The notes under the pieces are model-generated. The model did no database searches and was not told the origin of the DNA. It saw only the letters and a list, made by a program, of their open reading frames with translations. The position numbers and the translations under genes are program-made. Below are positions 56,807 to 64,000 of a DNA stretch of 64,000 nt, in pieces. How positions within the stretch are numbered: the stretch's first letter is position 1; every line of letters begins with the position of its first letter. The stretch comes from Hormiphora californensis (Eukaryota > Animalia > Ctenophora): assembly GCA_020137815.1 (NCBI GenBank), contig CM035362.1, positions 682,001 through 746,000 of the forward strand. Reading direction: 5' to 3'.

Positions 56807-59800
56807 CCTTTCCAGAGAGATGTCCACCTTTCAGGACACTGGGCCGCTTCATCCGAGTAACTGTGAACTGTAATGAGATGTCTATCACAGTGACACCCCT
56901 TCGTTTCTTTAACTGTGCAGTCCTTCCTACATGTCCCTTCCTCCCCCTTCTCACCCTCTCGACCTTGGATTCCGGAATCACCATAGTCACCATCATCACC
57001 ATCCTCACCGTCATCACCATAGCTACCCTTTCGACCTCTAATGCCTGGCCGTGCTGGGGTCCCTTGGACACCCCTGTACCCCTGGTCACCACGGGGACCA
57101 TATGATCCTGGCGCACCGGGAACACCTGGAACTCCATTGGACTTACTAACCCCATGACGACCCTTGGAACCTGGCCGACCAGGTATCCCATCATCTCCCT
57201 GAGCACCAGGCATACCAACCAGGCCCCTCTCCCCGAAATCTCCATCCTCAGCAGTCAGCAGCTCCATTCCCACCCTAACAATAGAGGTCTTGACGACATC
57301 GGCCACGTAGCTAGCATCAGGTGTTGAGTAGTCAAGGCCTGTCTGTGCACTGTAAACAGTCCGGATATCAAATTGTTTTCCCTGAGGACCACGGAGTCCC
57401 TGGGATCCTCTACCACCTCTATCTCCTTTGGAGCCTGGGAATCCAATGGTTCCTGGATCTCCCTTATCTCCAGGGATACCACGACCTCCTCTCCGACCCC
57501 TCGGTCCAACAGGCCCTTCACCACCAATACCACCTCGCACACCCTTCTCTCCTCTGCCACCGTTGGGCCCAGGGTTGCCAGGGTAACCAATTTCACCTTT
57601 ACCACCGGACCCTCCTCTAACTCCCATGGAGCCCTTGGAGCCGCGTCGTCCACGGAGACCTGGCATGCCCCGCCGACCTCGCAGATTCTTACCAGGGTGC
57701 CCCTTTTGTCCAGTATGTCCCTTGGTACCCATGCCTCCTTTAGCCCCTTGAGGTCCCCGTGCTCCAATCTCACCGGGAACACCGACAGGTCCATAATCAC
57801 CGTCATAACCAATGTACCCTGCCTCTCCTTTCTTACCCGGTAGACCCCTATCACCCCTCGGTCCCCTGTCTCCATCATCACCGGGCCAGCCGATCTTTCC
57901 TGGTCTTCCCCGCACACCGGGGTCTCCCTTTCCATCTGCCCACACGACATTATCAAATCCTGGAGCCATGTCACCGGAGAAGCCCTTGCGTCCTTTTTCA
58001 CCACGGTACCCCTTATCACCAAGGATACCTTTCTTTCCTCCCGGCCCTGTTGGTCCCCGGTTACCACGGTTACCTTGTTTACCCCAGTATCCTTCCCGTC
58101 CCTCGCACCCTTGCATCCCTTCTACTCCTTGGGGTCCGGGCCTGCCCCAATCTCCCCTGTCACCCCGGGTTCCATTCGATCCTTTGTGTCCTACTTCTCC
58201 CTTTATACCCCCTAGTCCAGGGTAACCAGGGTAACCAGGAGTCCCTGTTTCACCTTTAGTACCAGAGAATCCAATGTCTCCCCTCTCTCCACGTGCTCCA
58301 GGGAAACCTTTACGACCTGGTAACCCGGGGTAACCAGGTGATCCTAACTCACCGGTGATACCTGGAACTCCAACCACCCTTTCACCTCGCTGTCCTTTGT
58401 TTCCTATCGGTCCATAGCCTCCCTGTCTACCCCTGATCCCTCTCTCACCACGCTCTCCTCGTTTCCCCATTTGCCCGTAGGTACCTCGTTTACCCTTTCT
58501 ACCAGGTACACCAGGCTCTCCCTTGGAAAGGGGTGTTCCCTTCCTTCCCTTGGGTCCAATACCACCTTTGTACCCCACCACACCAACTTCCCCTTTGTCA
58601 CCTCGGCCTCCCTGGGCACCCTGTCGACCAGTCGGACCAGGATCACCTAGAACACCCTTGTGTCCATCACCACCGGACACACCCTTAGTTCCCTTGACAC
58701 CCGCTGCCCCATCTCGTCCCCTTTGGCCCGGTCTACCCCACTCTCCCCGGAATCCGGTCTGTCCCTGTTCACCGGGGTAAGCATCTCGTCCTAGTTGTCC
58801 TGGTGGTCCGGCATCCCCAGCTGGGCCCATCTTACCAGGTGGACCCCTGGAACCGTCTCTACCGGGATTACCAGGGATCCCAGGCTGTCCCTTTCGGCCC
58901 CTTCTACCGATGAATCCCTGCCAACCAGGGAATCCCTGATTACCGTCCTCCCCATGGATTTGCCGTCCCTGCTCTCCCCTCCCTCCCTTCAATCCCTGCT
59001 CTCCAGCGGGTCCTCTCTGCCCAACACCTCCACCTCCACCAATGTAACCCTTCTCCCCAGACTGACCCCTTCTACCATCCAGACCTTTCTCTCCAATGTG
59101 ACCAGTGATTCCTTGTTCGCCAGGGGCTCCGTTCTCACCATGGAAGCCAGCCTGACCCGGGATCCCATGACGACCAACCTCTCCCTTCAACCCTTTTGGT
59201 CCCCGCTCTCCATCCACACCAATCATACCCTTTCTACCGGTCCGTCCCAGAACTCCCGGTTTCCCATGATTTCCATTCTCACCGGGTGGTCCTGGTAGTC
59301 CGTTGAGTCCAGTTATCCCTGGGACACCAATGTCGCCAGTTTCACCCACTTCTCCGTCGGCTCCAGGGGGTCCTCTCTCACCGGTCTCAGCCTGGTCGGC
59401 CCTTGGATCCAACACGTCCATCACTGGCACCTGAGACCTTGATTTCCCATTACTCCTTTAACTCCCTCTCCTCCTGGGGTTCCATGGGGCACCCTGCTCT
59501 CCTGTAGCCCCTTTAGGCCCGGTGTACCCGTCCCAACCATTAACTCCTGGAACACCATTCCGACCATTAGCACCATCATCACCATGCATCACCTCTATCA
59601 CCTTTACTCCCCTCCAAACCATCCAACCCGGGCTCCCCGCTCCTCCCTCTCAGACCCTTGGCACCCTTGTGTCCCTTAGCACCGATATCACCTTTCCGAC
59701 CCTCAGGACCAAGTTCTCCAGGCCACCCTTGCATACCATGCCAACCATCATCTCCTCTGGATCCCTTCTCACCTTTGTCTCCCCGGACACCTGCTGTACC

Positions 59801-62035
59801 GGTGGGACCATCAGCACCATCAGTTCCATCTCGGCCAGTCCTGCCGGTGTATCCTGGGATACCAGGAATCCCTGCCACTCCATGAATACCATTTACACCA
59901 AACAATCCCTTGGAACCTGGTTCACCAGGTTCTCCATCAGGTGCATTTTCCCCGTAGTTTCCAAACTCACCCTGCTCTCCCTGATCTCCGACCAGACCTT
60001 TATCACCCTGGAGTCCAGGGTTTCCTGGAGTACCATGGATACCAGGCATGCCATCAAGTCCTACAAATCCGGGTTCCCCAGGGGCACCCACCTGACCCTT
60101 ATATCCTGGCTCTCCCCGCTCTCCCCTGGCTCCACGACGTTTAGACTTTCCAGGTTCTCCATCGCGGCCGGGTTTTCCCTTGTCACCGAAATAGCCCTTC
60201 CGTCCAACGGCACCCTTGTCACCTTCGGTACCTTTCTCTCCGACAATTCCTCGCTTCCCGGCAAGCCCGAACTCGCCCCAATCTCCAATAACGGCCTGAC
60301 CCTTAGCACCTTTTGGACCCTTTGGACCTGGTTCTCCCTTGACTCCCCGTCGACCGGGCCAGCCTGGTTCTCCAATGGTTGTGTTTCCTTGGGCTCCCTG
60401 TGGTCCCATTGGGCCTTCCACTCCCTTCTGGCCCTTGGGTCCAACAATGCCTTTGATTCCAATGATACCTTCCTCACCTTCATCACCGGGCTTTCCAGAA
60501 ATTCCAGGAACACCTTCAGGTCCCATTTCACCCTTCTCTCCCTGAGGTCCATCATCGCCATCCATACCGGGTATTCCAGGCATGCCTGATTCACCCCGGT
60601 CCCCATCTGCTCCCTTCTCAGATCTCGGACTGTGGTCACCTTGACGACCCTTTCGGCCCTTGACACCCGTTGAGCCCTTCTCGCCTGGGTTATTGTAGTC
60701 AATCGTTGTCAGATCTAGGGTCCATTCAGTGACACCCTTTTGTCCAATAATCCCATCTACACCGTGACGTCCATCAAGACCGGGCACGCCAGGTCGACCT
60801 TCGAGGCCCATTGGTCCCTTATCTCCCTTTTCACCTGTAGATCCTGTTGATCCATTAAAACCCATTTCTCCCTTGATTCCCCTTCGTCCAGGGAAGCCCT
60901 TTTCACCCTCTCTTCCAGTTATTCCTGGCTGCCCAACTGAGCCCTGTGGACCTCTGAGTCCCACTGCACCGGTCGATCCATTCCGGCCTTTGAGCCCTTC
61001 CCAGCCCTTATCTCCCTTATTTCCATCGAAACCGGGAATTCCAACAACTCCCTTCACTCCCTTGTCACCGATTGTAACCGTTCCCTTCCATCCTTTAGCT
61101 CCTTTTTGTCCCTGTTGCCCCTTTTCACCATCATACCCATCAATACCAGGAATTCCATCAAGAGCTTGTCTTCCTTTCTCTCCCAACTCACCCTTTTGTC
61201 CAAGTCGACCAAGTCGACCCGTTTCTCCCTTGTCCCCTGTGATCCCAGTCGGACCGTACCCACCATGGGCACCGTCTCTAGCTATGTTACCCTTCTCTCC
61301 CTTGCCACCCCGAACTCCCTTCGCGCCGAGACTTCCAAAGTTGGGAGCGGGTTCACCAGGTACTCCTTTCAGAACTATCCCAACAGGACCTGTCTGACCT
61401 TTCTCACCAATCTCACCCTTCGGACCTTCCACTCCCTCCTCCCCTTTATCTCCTCTAACTCCCTTGTCTCCAACTGCCCCGGGGATTCCATTAGTACCAT
61501 TAGCCCCATTGATACCATCCCACCCATTCACACCAGGCAAACCAGAGATACCGTCAATACCAGGCTCCCCAGTTAATCCAGGAACACCCTTGTACCCTTT
61601 ATCTCCAAATATACCAGGAACACCAGGCATGCCATCGGATCCAGGCTCACCGTAGACCCCCGGCCAGCCCCTTCGTCCCCTCATCCCCTTTTCTCCCATT
61701 GGTCCTAGTTCCCCTGGTGGTCCTCTCTCTCCCGGCATGCCAGTGTCACCCCGGACACTTTTCTGGGGGACGGAACAGCAGTCCTTCAGTTCGTCAGTAT
61801 CAGACAGGGTCGAGGATCTCAAGAATGCTCGGTTGAATGGAGTTTGATCACGGTTAGAGTTGGAGATGGTGGATTCTCGGTGGTTGTCGATTTTATCCAG
61901 CGAATTTCCCCTGTTCCTGCCTCTGTTCCTGCCCCTGTTTCGCCGTCGTGCCTCAGCCTCAGCGTCTGCGTCGGGTGATCCCAAACAGCCGGGACCAAGA
62001 AGAATCAATAAAAGGAAAATTGAAGATCTAGCCAT
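56807..62035 (-). CDS. Collagen IV chain 'A': one ~5.2 kb exon paralogous to chain B, with no NC1 exons of its own
   Basis: ATG 62035 with signal peptide MARSSIFLLLILLGPGCLG, then DCCSVPQKSVRG. ORFs 59579-62071 and 56803-59430 are linked by frame-shifted Gly-X-Y at 59590-59385. Ends CRKDCTVKETKGCHCDRHLITVHSYSDEAAQCPERWTSLWK-GG|GTGAGA (phase 2). Confidence 0.9.
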
Positions 62036-62272
62036 GATGCTGGTAAGGACTCGGTAGCTTCGTAGTTTCAAGTTCGCATGATCCTCGAGGCTATACTATA
62101 TTGATTTTCAAAGTTTGGGTCAGTCAACAATTTAGAAATATATTGAGAGAGAGGGGGGAATAATTGGGGGTTCAAAACCGAAATAAATTCCCCAAGACAT
62201 CACAGAGAGAAATATATTCATTGCATGCATTATTGTCATGTTTTATAACATTGTCTTGTCGTTGTCAGGCTG

Positions 62273-62580
62273 TGATAGGGTTTGAGGGCGGCCTAGATGG
62301 GGGGCGGGAAGCCTCGAAAGTAGAGAGAGATCTGCACTACTAGACTTGATAGGGCATGACTTGGAGCGTATCTTTCTTTAAAAAGTAGAGCTTTCACACC
62401 TACTCACTAGTTTCATACTTGACCTACAATTTGTCTTGCGTTTTAGAGATCAGATCTGACTGCTGCTCAATCACATTTCACACTCAGTACTCACACAGCA
62501 TTGGTCATGATTGAGAGTTATTGTAGAGAGAGAGTTCCAAATTTAGGGGGGCTGCATTCTCCCTCAAACCCTATCAAGTC
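62273..62580. repeat. Inverted repeat/MITE-like element upstream of collagen A
   Basis: TGATAGGGTTTGAGGG (~62273) is inverted at CCCTCAAACCCTATCA (~62561). AGACTTGATAGGG (~62342) also mirrors CCCTATCAAGTCT. Confidence 0.5.
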
Positions 62581-63298
62581 TAACACCACGATATTTTCAA
62601 GTAAAACAAATGCAATATTATGCAAAAACATGCAAACATTATGCAACCATTATGCAAAACAATGCAAATAACGTTTTGAGGCTGAAACAAACACAAAAAG
62701 GCTAAAATTACAAAGGGATAGAGTAAAATGAAGTGAGAGAGAGAATAGCGAAGGGTAAAGACTAAAGAGAGAAAAAGTGAATGATTGAGAGATAAATATT
62801 TAGGTTTATACCATGACAGACAGTATTACAAAGCTACCCAGCTAGTCAGGGACCCCCAGCTAGTAGTAACTCAACTTGTTGCTTGCTAGGAACTAATGGT
62901 AAATTAATGGGGTCCTCCCCATATACCCATCAGTGTGGTTTTTGAGACATTCAAAGCAGCGCCGCGACCCTGATCTATCTACATTTCAGTGTGGGAGGGG
63001 ACAGGCAAACTTCAAATTTACAGGCAAACTAGAAATATGGTAAAACATCTACCAAGACCTAAAATAAGAAACATTGCAAAAGCCAAAAGGGTTGGGTTAG
63101 AGAAAGACATGGGCTAGGTGAATTACCAGTTCTAAGGGCTGGATGTATATTGTATAATCAAGCATATTTATTAATGAAAAGCATGGAGAGATAGAGAGAT
63201 ATAGAGTGGAGTTAAATCAGAGGGTGAACATAATGAAGTAGACTAGAAGTGAGAAATTGGTGAAAATAATATGAAATAGAGATGAAAAAACTGGGGGG

Positions 63299-63344
<46 letters not shown>

Positions 63345-64000
63345 TAGAGAAATAGATAGAGAGATAGTTGGATCAGATTTAATGAGAAGCCGAAGGGTAA
63401 AATGAGCCATGAACTTTAGTAGTTGCACATGCATGACTTCGCATGCGGTCAATTTCATGCAGCCCCTTCATACTAACAACCCCGTATCTCCCCGACCCAT
63501 TGTCCATAATTCCCCTGCTCTTTCTCTGATCTATCTCTCTCTATCTCTCTGCTCTTTACTCACTCTGTTTCTTACTCCTCTTTTCTCCAGGTCGATTGGA
63601 GGAAGTAACCGCAAAACCAAATCAGTTTGAACTATTGCACGAGCCTGTCTACGCGTGACAGAGCAGCAAAATCGGAATTATAATCACTGATCAATGATCA
63701 TTGATCAGTCTGATGCTACCTGCGGCTGCAGCAATGCCTCGATCTTTGTTGAGTAAGGGGTAACAACTGAAATGCCTGGATTCTGGGTTTAGTCCGCTGC
63801 AGACACGAGCTGTAATTACCCAGGCGCTATACTGTCTAGGGTTCGCGTGCCAAAGACCCGGCCACTGCTGCTGTCGACTAACTTACAGCACCAACTGCAA
63901 GCAGTATAAAGTAGTAGTTGGGATTTGGGAAACGAAGTTTGGAGAGATAGTCCCTAGCATTTCACAACATTATAGCTCTCACTATCCTCCTTTTCTCTCC

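Noticed and set aside
51599-62057. Many Pro/Ser-rich plus-strand and off-frame ORFs up to 355 aa over the collagen exons
   Set aside because: Shadow ORFs caused by Gly-X-Y codon periodicity on the opposite strand or frame.

Overview
Eukaryotic, intron-containing animal genomic DNA with many (GA)n microsatellites and MITEs. The collagen IV style, nested genes and short introns suggest a ctenophore, but this is inference only. Gene order, from hand-built splice models: CHMP1A (-, 577-1654) lies head-to-head with a ~31 kb DZIP1/iguana gene (+, 3117-~34143). DZIP1 introns hold an antisense coiled-coil/TM gene, a 3.7 kb TTAA-flanked TIR element, two candidate alternative first exons and a sense single-exon ORF. 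Next come an intronless tandem TNFAIP8/TIPE-like gene (-), a divergent truncated T-box gene (+), a small secreted CAP-like gene (-), an RTE LINE remnant and a collagen IV locus (-). Main finding: two tandem ~5.1-5.2 kb single exons each encode signal peptide, 7S-like region, the entire collagenous domain and the first ~25 residues of NC1. Both end at the same phase-2 donor (LWKG|GTGAG), yet only one set of NC1 exons (51123-49891) lies downstream. This suggests a variable-exon/constant-exon design, like clustered protocadherins or UGT1A, giving two collagen IV chains with a shared NC1 domain. Several clustered single-base frameshifts look like assembly consensus errors.
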